Shown: piece by piece, positions 18,018 to 27,529 of the stretch
Layout of the letters: each line of letters opens with the position of its first letter
How positions within the stretch are numbered: position 1 is the first letter of the stretch
Assembly: GCA_049942965.1 (NCBI GenBank)
Contig: CP188088.1
Location: forward strand, 420,001 to 452,000
DNA length: 32,000 nt
DNA from: Candidatus Saccharimonadota bacterium
GTDB lineage: Bacteria > Pseudomonadota > Gammaproteobacteria > Enterobacterales > Enterobacteriaceae
Direction of reading: 5' to 3'
Notes under the pieces: generated by a model
Told to the model about the DNA's origin: nothing
What the model saw: the letters and a program-made list of their open reading frames with translations, nothing else
Database searches by the model: none
Made by a program: the position numbers and the translations under genes

Positions 18018-19324
18018 ATTTTTTCTTTCTCCATTAAATTTTTCTTTATTCTCACTAAAATAGAATTTTTATGTGCATCCATTTTTTCAAAAGATGCTAT
18101 TTTTAAAATAGTATCAGATAAATCAATCAATCCATTTCTCGTTAATTCTTGTACAGTTATATTTTTTTGAAAATCAAAAACACTTAATCCTGAATGTGAT
18201 AATGCATATCCATTAGTAGGAAGAACATGATTAGATCCAGAAGCATAATCTCCTACTGATTCAGGAGACCACTTTCCTAAAAAAACAGATCCTGCATTAA
18301 CAATATATTTCAATAATTTTCTAGAATTGACAGTTTGTATAATTAAATGTTCAGGAGCATACATGTTTGATATTTTTATACATTCTAATAAACTTTCAGC
18401 TATGATAAATCTACTGTTTTCTATCGATTGAACAATTAAATCTAATTTAGAAAATTTTTTCATTTGAGTGGAAATTGAAAAGATTACCTGTTTAATTAAT
18501 GTATATTCTGTAGTAACAAAGATGGATTGTGAATCTATTCCATGTTCAGATTGTGATAATAAATCGGCAGCAATAAAATCTGGATTAGCGCTTTTATCTG
18601 CAATGACTAATACCTCTGAAGGACCAGCTGGCATATCTATGGAGACACCTTCTGTAAAACTATTAACTTGCATTTTAGCTTCAGTGACATATGCATTACC
18701 TGGTCCAAAAATTTTTTGAACTTTAGGTATACTTTTAGTTCCAAATGCCATAGCTGCAATTGCTTGAGATCCACCTATTTGATAAACATCTTGTATTCCA
18801 CAAATGTGAGCACAATATAAAATTTCATTAGATATAGGTGGTGGTGAACATAAAATTATTTTTTTACAACCAGCAATTGTAGCTGGAATAGCTAACATTA
18901 AAACTGTAGAAATTAACGGAGATGAGCCTCCAGGAACATATAAACCTACAGACTCAATTGGAACAGAAATATGCTGACATCTAACACCGGGTTTTATTTC
19001 TATATCTATTTTTTTTTTCTTTTGAAATTTATGAAAATATTCAATATTATTTTTAGCATTTAATATAGATTTTTTTAGTTCTTTATTAATATTTAAATAA
19101 GAACTAGAAATAATTTGTGTTTCAATTTTAAATTTTTCTATTCTTTTTTTGTCAAATAGAAAACAATATTTTTTTAAAGCTGAATCACCATAATTTAAAA
19201 TATCAACAAGCACTTTTTTTACTAACTGTTTACATTTTTTTTTTACATAAATATTTGGACGAGATAAAATTTTTTTTTTCTGTTGTTCGTTTAATTCTTT
19301 CCAAAAAAAAACATTCTTTAACAT
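18014..19324 (-). CDS. hisD: Histidinol dehydrogenase
   Basis: 436-aa ORF with an ATG start. It carries conserved HisD blocks (GLYVPGG, IFGPGNAYV, DMPAGPSEVLVIAD, QSEHG, APEHL). Confidence 0.95.
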   Translation of the reverse strand: MLKNVFFWKELNEQQKKKILSRPNIYVKKKCKQLVKKVLVDILNYGDSALKKYCFLFDKKRIEKFKIETQIISSSYLNINKELKKSILNAKNNIEYFHKFQKKKKIDIEIKPGVRCQHISVPIESVGLYVPGGSSPLISTVLMLAIPATIAGCKKIILCSPPPISNEILYCAHICGIQDVYQIGGSQAIAAMAFGTKSIPKVQKIFGPGNAYVTEAKMQVNSFTEGVSIDMPAGPSEVLVIADKSANPDFIAADLLSQSEHGIDSQSIFVTTEYTLIKQVIFSISTQMKKFSKLDLIVQSIENSRFIIAESLLECIKISNMYAPEHLIIQTVNSRKLLKYIVNAGSVFLGKWSPESVGDYASGSNHVLPTNGYALSHSGLSVFDFQKNITVQELTRNGLIDLSDTILKIASFEKMDAHKNSILVRIKKNLMEKEKI

Positions 19325-19331
19325 TTATATA

Positions 19332-20231
19332 TTACTCCATCATTTTTTCTATGGGTAAAACTAAAATAGAACTTGCTCCTAATATTTTTAATTTTTCCAT
19401 AGTTTCCCAAAAAATGCTTTCTCTACTAACCATATGCATGGCAACACGGTTTTTGTCACCTACTAAATTTAAAATTGTTGGACGTTCAGCTCCTCTTAAT
19501 AAATTTATTACTTTTTTAACTTTTTTAGTTGGAATATGTAACATAATATATTTAGATTCCCTAGCTGTAATTATTCCAGTTATACGAACCAATAACTTTT
19601 CAATTATTTTTTTTTTTAAATTTGAAATCTCACTACTAGAACTAATTAAGCATGCATGCGAATGGTATATTACTTCAACTTCTCTCAACCCATTAGCTTC
19701 CAGAGTACTACCGGTAGATACTAAATCACAAATTGCGTCAGATAAACCAGCTCTAGGAGCAACTTCCACAGAACCATTTAATAAAAAAGAACTAAAATGA
19801 ATTTTTTCTTTATTTAAATATTTTTTCAATAAATAAGGATATGATGTTGCAATTCGAGAATTATTTAAACATTGTAAATTAAAATATTCCTTATCTACTG
19901 GAACTGACAAAGACAATCTACATACTCCAAAATCTAAATTTTTAAGTAATTTATAACTAATACTTTTATTTTGATCTTTACGAGACAATGCAATTTCTTC
20001 TAAAACATTTTTTCCAACAATTCCTAATTCTACAATACCATCCATGATTAATCCCGGTATGTCATCATCTCTAACTCTCATTACTTCTATTGGCATATTT
20101 TGAGAAAAAGAAATTAAATGTTGTTGTTCTAAATTAACTTTAATTCCACAAAGAAATAATAATTCAATTGAATCATCACTCAAACGACCTGATTTTTGTA
20201 TAGCAATTCTTAACCGATTATTATTGTTCAT
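19332..20231 (-). CDS. hisG: ATP phosphoribosyltransferase (long form)
   Basis: 299-aa ORF with an ATG start preceded by [31 protein letters not shown] and [14 protein letters not shown] are typical of HisG. It is the first gene of the operon. Confidence 0.95.
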   Translation of the reverse strand: MNNNNRLRIAIQKSGRLSDDSIELLFLCGIKVNLEQQHLISFSQNMPIEVMRVRDDDIPGLIMDGIVELGIVGKNVLEEIALSRKDQNKSISYKLLKNLDFGVCRLSLSVPVDKEYFNLQCLNNSRIATSYPYLLKKYLNKEKIHFSSFLLNGSVEVAPRAGLSDAICDLVSTGSTLEANGLREVEVIYHSHACLISSSSEISNLKKKIIEKLLVRITGIITARESKYIMLHIPTKKVKKVINLLRGAERPTILNLVGDKNRVAMHMVSRESIFWETMEKLKILGASSILVLPIEKMME

Positions 20232-20411
20232 AATTAATAATTCCTTAAAATAATATTTTTGAATATTAAAATCAAAAAATATTTAATGAAATTAAATCCA
20301 AATTTAATAATAATCTATCATTTATAGAACATTTGTTTTCTTAAATAAAAAGTATAAGAAATTATCATGTATAAATAACTGAAAAAATAAGATCCATAAA
20401 TTAACTATTTT

Positions 20412-20939
20412 TTAAATCACTTCTAACAAAACTAATATTGCTATATTTTTTCCAAATTTTCTTGGAGCTTCGTGAAAGGCTATTACATTTGGATGTTGCG
20501 ACAACCAAAACGGAATATTTAATTTCAATATATTTTTTCCATGTCCGTGAATTATAGAAACACAAGAAAATTTTTCTTTTTGACAAATGAAAAATAATCT
20601 ACCTAACTCTTTTTTTGCTTGGTTTTTAGTCAAACCATGCAAATCTAATGTAATTTCTGGAAAATATTTCCCGTTTTTTAAATTTTTAAGACAACTGGAA
20701 AACATGCTATTACGAATATAGCATATTGGATTTTCTTTTAATAAAAAATATTTTTTTGTATTAGTAAAATAATAGCTATGTAACTCTTCTTCAATAATTT
20801 CCTTTTTTTTACAAGATCTAACATTTATATAAAAACGCTTGTTTTGATAAAATTTATCTTGCACTATTTTATTTGTACCAATCATATATTCTTTAAAAGA
20901 TAATTTGTTTAGATTTAACAATTTTTGTCTTTTAGTCAT
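20412..20939 (-). CDS. smrB: Smr-domain protein, SmrB (YfcN) homologue
   Basis: 175-aa ORF with an ATG start. The C-terminal Smr domain carries LDLHGLT and IIHGHGKN. Size and its position divergent from aroC match E. coli smrB (yfcN). Confidence 0.8.
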   Translation of the reverse strand: MTKRQKLLNLNKLSFKEYMIGTNKIVQDKFYQNKRFYINVRSCKKKEIIEEELHSYYFTNTKKYFLLKENPICYIRNSMFSSCLKNLKNGKYFPEITLDLHGLTKNQAKKELGRLFFICQKEKFSCVSIIHGHGKNILKLNIPFWLSQHPNVIAFHEAPRKFGKNIAILVLLEVI

Positions 20940-21176
20940 AACTTAACCGAAAAATTTTTATTTATTATTAAAATAAAATAGTCTCAAATTAGATTTGAAA
21001 AGAACATTTTTAAATTTTAATTATTAATTAAATAATTGTACTTAATTTTAAGTATTTATTTTAAATAATGTTTAGATCATGAATTATAAATTAAATATTT
21101 ATATTTTAAAAAAAAAGTTTTAAGATAAAAAGTATATGGTTAATATAATTAATCTTTCAAACAATAAGGAAAAAAA

Positions 21177-22259
21177 ATGCCAGGAAATAGCATTGGAAAA
21201 ATATTTAAAGTAACTACCTTTGGAGAATCACATGGAATAGCCTTAGGAGGTATCGTTGATGGAGTTCCTCCAGGATTTAAAATATCTGAAAACGATTTAC
21301 AAAAAGAACTTGAAAGAAGAAAACCCGGAACATCTAAATATACCTCACCTAGACGAGAACCAGATAAAATAAAAATTTTATCTGGAGTATTTAATGGAAA
21401 AACCACTGGAACTAGTATAGGATTAATTATTTACAATCAAGATAAAAGGTCACAGGATTATGAAAACATCAAAGATATATATAGACCTGGCCATGCAGAT
21501 TTTACTTATGAAAAAAAATATGGAATTAGAGATTTTAGAGGAGGAGGGAGATCTTCTGCAAGAGAAACTGCTATTCGAGTAGCAGCAGGAGCAATTGCCA
21601 AGAAGTACTTATTCATTAATCATAAAATAACTATAAAAGCATATTTATCAAAATTAGGAAAAATTAACTGTGAATTTGATTCTTTAGAAGAAGTAGAAAA
21701 AAATCAATTTTTTTCTCCAAATAAAAAAATTATAAAACAACTTAAAAACTACTTAAATGAAATTAAAAAAGAAAAAAATTCCATTGGAGCTGAAATTACT
21801 GTAATAGCAAAAAATGTTCCTGTAGGATTAGGAGAACCTGTTTTTGATAAACTAGATGCTGATATTGCTCATGCATTAATGAGTATTAATGCTGCAAAAG
21901 GAGTAGAAATTGGAGATGGATTTTCTGTAATTAAACAGAAAGGAAGTGAACATAGAGATAATATGTACGATAATGAAAAATTTCAAAGTAATCATTCAGG
22001 TGGAATTCTCGGAGGTATAAGTAATGGAAATACTATTGTTGCTAGAGTAGCATTTAAACCTACTTCAAGTATTGGAATTCCAGTTACCACAATTAACAAT
22101 AAAAAAGAAAATTGTAAAATCATAATAAAAGGAAGACATGATCCTTGCGTAGGAATTAGAGCTGTGCCAATTGTAGAAGCAATGCTTTCAATTGTATTGA
22201 TGGATCACTTACTAAGAAATCAAGCACAATGCTTGCATCAAATCATAAAACATAATTAA
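21177..22259 (+). CDS. aroC: Chorismate synthase
   Basis: 360-aa ORF with an ATG start preceded by AAGGA. It carries the signatures [28 protein letters not shown] and [10 protein letters not shown]. Confidence 0.97.
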   Translation: MPGNSIGKIFKVTTFGESHGIALGGIVDGVPPGFKISENDLQKELERRKPGTSKYTSPRREPDKIKILSGVFNGKTTGTSIGLIIYNQDKRSQDYENIKDIYRPGHADFTYEKKYGIRDFRGGGRSSARETAIRVAAGAIAKKYLFINHKITIKAYLSKLGKINCEFDSLEEVEKNQFFSPNKKIIKQLKNYLNEIKKEKNSIGAEITVIAKNVPVGLGEPVFDKLDADIAHALMSINAAKGVEIGDGFSVIKQKGSEHRDNMYDNEKFQSNHSGGILGGISNGNTIVARVAFKPTSSIGIPVTTINNKKENCKIIIKGRHDPCVGIRAVPIVEAMLSIVLMDHLLRNQAQCLHQIIKHN

Positions 22260-22896
22260 AAAAATAAAACTTTTTCACAAAGAACTGTTTAATAATTAAT
22301 AATTTATCAGAAAAAACCATTAAAAAAAATAATATTTAACAAATAAGTATTAATAACTTAAATTAATAGTTAAGTTAAAACTTAATATTTGTTAGAAACA
22401 AATAATAATAGATGAATAACATTTAACAATTTTAAAAAATAATTTTAATTTAACTATCTTCAATCAGTTTTGACTGATAAAACAATTTTAATTTAAATAA
22501 ATTTAAAAAAAATATATTTTTTCACATATAAATTATTTTATATAAATAAAAATGTTGAATTCATCATTTATATTTAGATATAATCTAATTTAATAGTAAT
22601 AATTAATAAAATTTTTAAATTTTAAAAAATTATAGATACTTAACCATATTTTTATAATTAATAATTTATTACTTAAAATATATTCATTGTTGTATAATAA
22701 ATATTTATTTTTATAATTCAATAAATTATTAAATAAATTAATTTACAAAAATGCTTTCTATAAAAAATATATGTATATATATTTAAAAAAATAAAAATTC
22801 AACAATATTTAAAATATTAATTTTTATTTATTAATTATTTTTGCTAAATGCATTTAAAACAAAACAAGAAAAATAATTTTTAGGACAAAACATATA

Positions 22897-23802
22897 ATGT
22901 TTAAAGGAAGTATAGTTGCATTAATTACACCAATGAATGAGAAAGGTAAAATTTGCAAATTTAGTTTAAAAAAATTAGTTAAGTATCATATAAAAAACGG
23001 AACATCTGCAATAGTCTCAGTTGGTACTACCGGGGAATCGGCTACATTAAATCAATCTGAACATATACATGTAGTCATGTTAACGCTAGAATTTTCTGAT
23101 GGAAAAATTCCAATTATAGCTGGAACTGGAGCCAATGCTACCAAAGAAAGTATTTCTTTGACTAAACAATTTGAAAATAGTGGAATAGCTGCATGTTTAA
23201 GTGTTACTCCTTATTATAACAAACCAACTCAAAAAGGATTATATCAACATTTTAAGTCTATATCAGAACATACTGAAATCCCTCAAATACTATATAATGT
23301 ACCTTCTAGAACTGGATGTGATTTAATTCCTGACACTGTGATAAAATTGTCAAAATTAAAAAATATAATTGGAATAAAAGAAGCCACAGGAGATTTATCA
23401 AGAGTTAATAAAATCAAACAAAAAGTAAAAAACGATTTTATTTTAATCAGTGGAGATGATTGTACATTTTTAGATTTTATACAATTAGGAGGAAATGGAG
23501 TAATATCAGTTACAGCTAATATTGCAGCAAAAAAAATGAGAAAAATTTGTCAGTTAGCAAATAAAGGAAATTTTTTAAAAGCAAGATTAATAAATCAAGA
23601 ACTAGAAATATTACATCGATCATTATTTATAGAATCAAATCCCATTCCAATAAAATGGGTTGCAAAAAAAATAAATCTTATTTTATCAGATTCAATAAGA
23701 TTACCATTGACTAAAATTTCTGATAAAACAAAAATAACATTAATCCATGCATTAAAAAGTGCTAAAATCTATAATAAAGAGAAAAAAAATGATTCTTTAT
23801 AA
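22897..23802 (+). CDS. dapA: 4-hydroxy-tetrahydrodipicolinate synthase
   Basis: 301-aa ORF starting [13 protein letters not shown], with [22 protein letters not shown] and the IGIKEATGD lysine context. Confidence 0.95.
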   Translation: MFKGSIVALITPMNEKGKICKFSLKKLVKYHIKNGTSAIVSVGTTGESATLNQSEHIHVVMLTLEFSDGKIPIIAGTGANATKESISLTKQFENSGIAACLSVTPYYNKPTQKGLYQHFKSISEHTEIPQILYNVPSRTGCDLIPDTVIKLSKLKNIIGIKEATGDLSRVNKIKQKVKNDFILISGDDCTFLDFIQLGGNGVISVTANIAAKKMRKICQLANKGNFLKARLINQELEILHRSLFIESNPIPIKWVAKKINLILSDSIRLPLTKISDKTKITLIHALKSAKIYNKEKKNDSL

Positions 23803-24007
23803 AGAAAAATCCATCTATTTATGCTTATTTTTTATATTATCATTATTAATGTCTTCTTGTTCAAATCAACAACTATACAAAAATAATATTTTTAATCCGT
23901 CTAAAAATGTTAGAAAAGAAGAAAAACTAGAAAAAGTAAATCCATCATTAGAAGCAAACACTTCAAAAAAAATAAATTATTTAGTATCTTTAAAAAAATT
24001 CAAATAA
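23789..24007 (+). CDS. bamC: 72-aa putative lipoprotein, probably an N-terminal remnant of BamC (NlpB)
   Basis: The ATG at 23789 is preceded by AAGAG and overlaps the dapA stop. A hydrophobic signal peptide ends in a lipobox-like LLMSSC. The sequence after the Cys, [13 protein letters not shown], resembles my recollection of E. coli BamC CSSDSRYKRQVSG. The position immediately 3' of dapA matches the E. coli dapA-bamC arrangement. It is only 72 aa, against roughly 340 aa for BamC. Confidence 0.4.
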   Translation: MILYKEKSIYLCLFFILSLLMSSCSNQQLYKNNIFNPSKNVRKEEKLEKVNPSLEANTSKKINYLVSLKKFK

Positions 24008-24114
24008 TTTTAAACTTATGAAATAAGTTTTTCTAATTTTTTTGCTAAACAAAAATTTTTAAATTAAAATGTTTTAAAAATAAAAATTAAAAAAGATCTA
24101 TAATTTAATAAAAA

Positions 24115-24137
24115 CAGAGTATCAATTTGATACTCTG
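24115..24137 (-). terminator. Candidate rho-independent terminator downstream of dapE
   Basis: A perfect 9-bp stem CAGAGTATC/GATACTCTG (24115-24123 and 24129-24137) has a 5-nt loop. On the minus strand it is followed by TTTTTATT. It lies 34 bp past the dapE stop. Confidence 0.5.
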
Positions 24138-24170
24138 AAATTTTATAAAAATTCCTTAATTTATAAAAAA

Positions 24171-25301
24171 TTAACTAAATAGATTAAAAATAATTTTTTT
24201 ATAAATTAAAACTAACTTTTTTAAATCAGAAATTGAAGTACTTTCATTGCATTGATGAATTGTTTTATTTACTAAACCTAATTCTACTATTTCACTATTC
24301 ATTTTTAGAAAAAATCTTCCATCTGAAGTACCTCCAGAGGTGGATATTCTCGTAGAAATATTTTGAATTGAATTGATAGATTTTTCTACTATAGGAATTA
24401 ATTTACTAGGACTAGAATAAAAAGGATTAGAAAATTGTTTCCAATTTAATTTATATTTTATATTACTATAATTTAATAAACATAATATGGTTGATTTAAT
24501 CTTGTTTACTGAAGTTTCTGGATTAAATCGAACATTGAATTCAACTTCTAATTCACCAGGTATTACATTACTTGAATTAACATTAGAATTAATTTTATAT
24601 ATTTGTAACTGAGTACATGGAAAAAAATCATTTTCATCTTTCCATTTATATTTTATTAAATTTTGTAGTGCTAAAATTGATTTATGTATTGGATTATCAA
24701 ATAAATGAGGATATGCAACATGTCCTTGAGTACCATATATAATTAATTGAGCACTTAAAGAACCTCTTCTACCATTCTTTATTACATCTCCTAAAATAGA
24801 TTCACTGGTAGGTTCTCCAACCAAACAAAAATCAATTTTTTCATTTCTTTGAATCAATTTTTCTACTACTTTTATAGTTCCATCAGTTCCAGTAGATTCT
24901 TCATCTGAAGTAATTAAGAATGATATTCTTCCATCATATAAAGGATTGTTAATAACAAAATCACGAACAGCTACCAACATAGCAGATATAGATCCTTTCA
25001 TATCAACTACTCCTCGACCAAAAACATAATTATTACTAATCTTTAAATTAAATGGATTAGAATTCCAATTTTTTATATTTCCAGGAGGTACTACATCAGT
25101 ATGACCCAAAAAAGTTAATGTTTTTCCTTTTCCACGTTGAGCCCATAAATTACTAGTTTTATTAATTAAAAATTTTTCTGTTTTAAATCCTAAGGAAACT
25201 AACATTTTTTCAATTATATCTTGACATCCTAGATCTAAAGGACTGATTGAAGGAATTTCTACAAGTTGTTTAAGTAATTCAATTACTGACATTGAAATCA
25301 T
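24171..25301 (-). CDS. dapE: Succinyl-diaminopimelate desuccinylase (M20 family)
   Basis: 376-aa ORF. GHTDVVPPG, GRGVVDMKGS, ITSDEE, LVGEPTS and NGRRGSL are collinear with DapE. The start may instead be the second ATG (25292), which aligns better with my recollection of the E. coli start MSCPVIEL. Confidence 0.93.
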   Translation of the reverse strand: MISMSVIELLKQLVEIPSISPLDLGCQDIIEKMLVSLGFKTEKFLINKTSNLWAQRGKGKTLTFLGHTDVVPPGNIKNWNSNPFNLKISNNYVFGRGVVDMKGSISAMLVAVRDFVINNPLYDGRISFLITSDEESTGTDGTIKVVEKLIQRNEKIDFCLVGEPTSESILGDVIKNGRRGSLSAQLIIYGTQGHVAYPHLFDNPIHKSILALQNLIKYKWKDENDFFPCTQLQIYKINSNVNSSNVIPGELEVEFNVRFNPETSVNKIKSTILCLLNYSNIKYKLNWKQFSNPFYSSPSKLIPIVEKSINSIQNISTRISTSGGTSDGRFFLKMNSEIVELGLVNKTIHQCNESTSISDLKKLVLIYKKIIFNLFS

Positions 25302-25404
25302 TTAAAAATCCCATAATGTACTCTTTTAAATTGAATTTAAAATTAAATAATAGAAACAAAAAAGTATATAAATTTTAAAAAATATATTTTATTTAAAAAA
25401 TAAA

Positions 25405-25421
25405 AGGGCTATAAAAGCCCT
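25405..25421 (-). terminator. Candidate rho-independent terminator directly after tktB
   Basis: A GC-rich 6-bp stem AGGGCT/AGCCCT has the loop ataaa. On the minus strand it is followed by TTTTATTTTTT. It begins 10 bp past the tktB stop. Confidence 0.5.
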
Positions 25422-25430
25422 ATAAAAAAA

Positions 25431-27446
25431 TTAATTTGAAGATTTTATGTATAAATTATTTATTTTTTGCACAATGTTTTCAACAGTAAAACCAAATTTA
25501 GAAAATAAACACTGAGCTGATCCAGATTCTCCAAATTTATTAATTCCAAAACAAATTCCATAAGTTCCTATATATTTGTACCAAAAATTACTTACTCCAG
25601 CTTCAATTACTACTCTTTGAACAACATTAGGCAATATTACAGATTGTTTGTATTCTTCATCTTGATTATCAAAAACATCGCAACAAGGCATAGAAACTAG
25701 CTGTACTACAAACCCTAATTTTTCTAATTTTAAAAAAACATTATAAGATAATTCTACTTCAGACCCAGTTGAAATTAAAATTAAATCTATAGTCTTTTTT
25801 TTACTTGTTTTTTTTAAAATATAACCACCACGAATTATATTTTTTATTATATTTTTATCGATAGAATTGTTAGTTATATCTTGTCTGGATAAAATCAATG
25901 CGGTAGGTCCTGATGATCTATTTAAAGCATATTTCCATGCTATTGCTGTTTCCAACGCACCACTGGGTCTCCAAACACTTAAATTAGGAACAATTCTTAA
26001 GCTAGCTATTTGTTCAATAGGTTGATGAGTAGGACCATCTTCACCTAAACCAATAGAATCATGTGTGTATATAAATATATGCTTAATTTTCATTAACGCA
26101 GCCATTCGAACAGCATTTTTTGCATATTCTACAAAAATTAAAAATGTAGCTGTATATGGAATAAAACCACCATGATTAGAAATTCCGTTTCCAATGGCAG
26201 TCATTCCAAATTCTCTCACTCCAAAATGTACATAATTTCCATTAGAATAATTTTTTATTGACTTAGAACCTGACCACATGGTTAAATTACTAGGCGATAA
26301 ATCAGCTGAACCACCAAACAGCTCTGGTAATAATGGACCTATTGTTTCTAATGTATTTTGTGATGATTTTCTAGTAGCAACTTTTTCCGTGTTAGAAGCC
26401 ATAGAAATAATAAATTTATTAATAGAATTAGCAAAATTAATAGGAACATTTCCTTCCATGCGACGAATGTATTCATCATATAAAGATGGATATTTTTTTT
26501 TATAAGAATTAATTAAATTATTCCACTCTTCTTCTAAACGAGCTCCTTTTTCTTTAGCATTCCATTCTCTATAAATCTCTTTAGATATTTTAAATGAATC
26601 AGTATTTTTCCAATTTAATTGTTTTCTTGTTAATTCTACTTCTAACAATCCCAATGGAGAACCATGACAAATTTCTTTTCCGGATTTATTTGGAGAACCA
26701 AATCCAATTGTAGTATCACAAATAATAATAGATGGTTTGTTTTTTTCAGATTTAGCTAAAACAATTGCATTAAAAATAGAATCTGAATCATGACCATTTA
26801 CGGAATCAATTACATGCCAACCATAAGAAGAAAATCTTTTATGAATGTTTTCAGTAAACCAAGAATCAATGTTTCCATCAATAGAAATATAATTTCTATC
26901 ATAAAATACAATTAATTTTCCTAATTTTAATGTTCCAGCTAATGAACATACTTCATGAGAAATTCCTTCCATTAAACAACCATCTCCAACAAAAACCCAG
27001 GTATAATGATCAATTATATTGTATCCATTTTTATTAAAACTAGCTGATAATGTTCGTTCGGCAATAGCCATTCCAACAGCTGCTGCTAATCCTTGACCTA
27101 ACGGTCCAGTAGTAGTTTCTACTCCAATAGTTTGAAATGATTCAGGATGACCTGGAGTTTTTGAATCTAATGTTCTAAAATTCTTTAAATCTTTAATTGA
27201 CAAATCGTATCCTGTCAAATGTAATATACTATATAATAATATAGATCCATGACCATTGGATAAAACAAATCTATCTCTATCAAACCATTTTGGGTTGTTT
27301 GGATTATGACGTAAAAAACTTCTCCATAATACTTCAGCTATATCAGCCATTCCCATTGGAGCTCCTGGATGTCCTGATTTAGCTTTTTCAATTGAGTCAA
27401 TACTTAATATACGAATTGCATTAGCTAATTCTCTTCTAGAAATCAT
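25431..27446 (-). CDS. tktB: Transketolase
   Basis: The track ORF extends to a TTG at 27464. The ATG at 27446 has GGAG 7 nt upstream, and MISRRELANAIR aligns with my recollection of E. coli Tkt MSSRKELANAIR. The ThDP motif GDGCLMEG is present and the protein is full-length collinear. The symbol is assigned from the talA-tktB arrangement. Confidence 0.93.
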   Translation of the reverse strand: MISRRELANAIRILSIDSIEKAKSGHPGAPMGMADIAEVLWRSFLRHNPNNPKWFDRDRFVLSNGHGSILLYSILHLTGYDLSIKDLKNFRTLDSKTPGHPESFQTIGVETTTGPLGQGLAAAVGMAIAERTLSASFNKNGYNIIDHYTWVFVGDGCLMEGISHEVCSLAGTLKLGKLIVFYDRNYISIDGNIDSWFTENIHKRFSSYGWHVIDSVNGHDSDSIFNAIVLAKSEKNKPSIIICDTTIGFGSPNKSGKEICHGSPLGLLEVELTRKQLNWKNTDSFKISKEIYREWNAKEKGARLEEEWNNLINSYKKKYPSLYDEYIRRMEGNVPINFANSINKFIISMASNTEKVATRKSSQNTLETIGPLLPELFGGSADLSPSNLTMWSGSKSIKNYSNGNYVHFGVREFGMTAIGNGISNHGGFIPYTATFLIFVEYAKNAVRMAALMKIKHIFIYTHDSIGLGEDGPTHQPIEQIASLRIVPNLSVWRPSGALETAIAWKYALNRSSGPTALILSRQDITNNSIDKNIIKNIIRGGYILKKTSKKKTIDLILISTGSEVELSYNVFLKLEKLGFVVQLVSMPCCDVFDNQDEEYKQSVILPNVVQRVVIEAGVSNFWYKYIGTYGICFGINKFGESGSAQCLFSKFGFTVENIVQKINNLYIKSSN

Positions 27447-27529
27447 ATATACTCCATAAATCAATTGTGAATATTTAAATTTTATAAATATCCTTTTTTA
27501 AAAACTAATTTAAAAAATGTTTTTATAAA

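Noticed and set aside
18468-18719. 83-aa + strand ORF inside hisD
   Set aside because: Antisense shadow of hisD.
19255-19800. 181-aa ORF on the + strand spanning the hisD/hisG junction
   Set aside because: It is entirely antisense to the strongly conserved hisG and hisD. The product is low-complexity (F/I/L/K-rich) with no recognisable motif. It is a typical shadow ORF.
20401-20586. 61-aa minus-strand ORF overlapping the 3' end of smrB
   Set aside because: It is an alternative frame of the smrB region. The Smr-domain frame is the conserved one.
21149-21406. 85-aa minus-strand ORF over the aroC start
   Set aside because: It is antisense to the highly conserved chorismate synthase N-terminus.
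22461-22476. Inverted repeat ATCAGT-tttg-ACTGAT in the aroC-dapA spacer as an aroC terminator
   Set aside because: The stem is only 6 bp, no T-run follows on either strand, and it lies about 200 bp from the aroC stop.
23759-23788. GTG start at 23759 for the bamC-like ORF (82-aa version)
   Set aside because: The ATG at 23789 with an upstream AAGAG gives a normal signal-peptide n-region. The GTG version adds 10 residues lying deep inside dapA.
24012-24030. Hairpin AAACTTA-tgaaa-TAAGTTT followed by T-rich sequence, a possible terminator for dapA and the bamC remnant
   Set aside because: The stem is only 7 bp with a single G:C pair. Such structures are expected by chance in this composition and are thermodynamically weak, so it is not reported as a feature.
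26278-26505. 75-aa + strand ORF inside tktB
   Set aside because: Antisense shadow of transketolase.
27447-27464. Six-codon N-terminal extension of transketolase from a TTG at 27464
   Set aside because: The ATG at 27446 has a GGAG Shine-Dalgarno 7 nt upstream, located inside the putative extension. It also aligns with the enterobacterial Tkt N-terminus.
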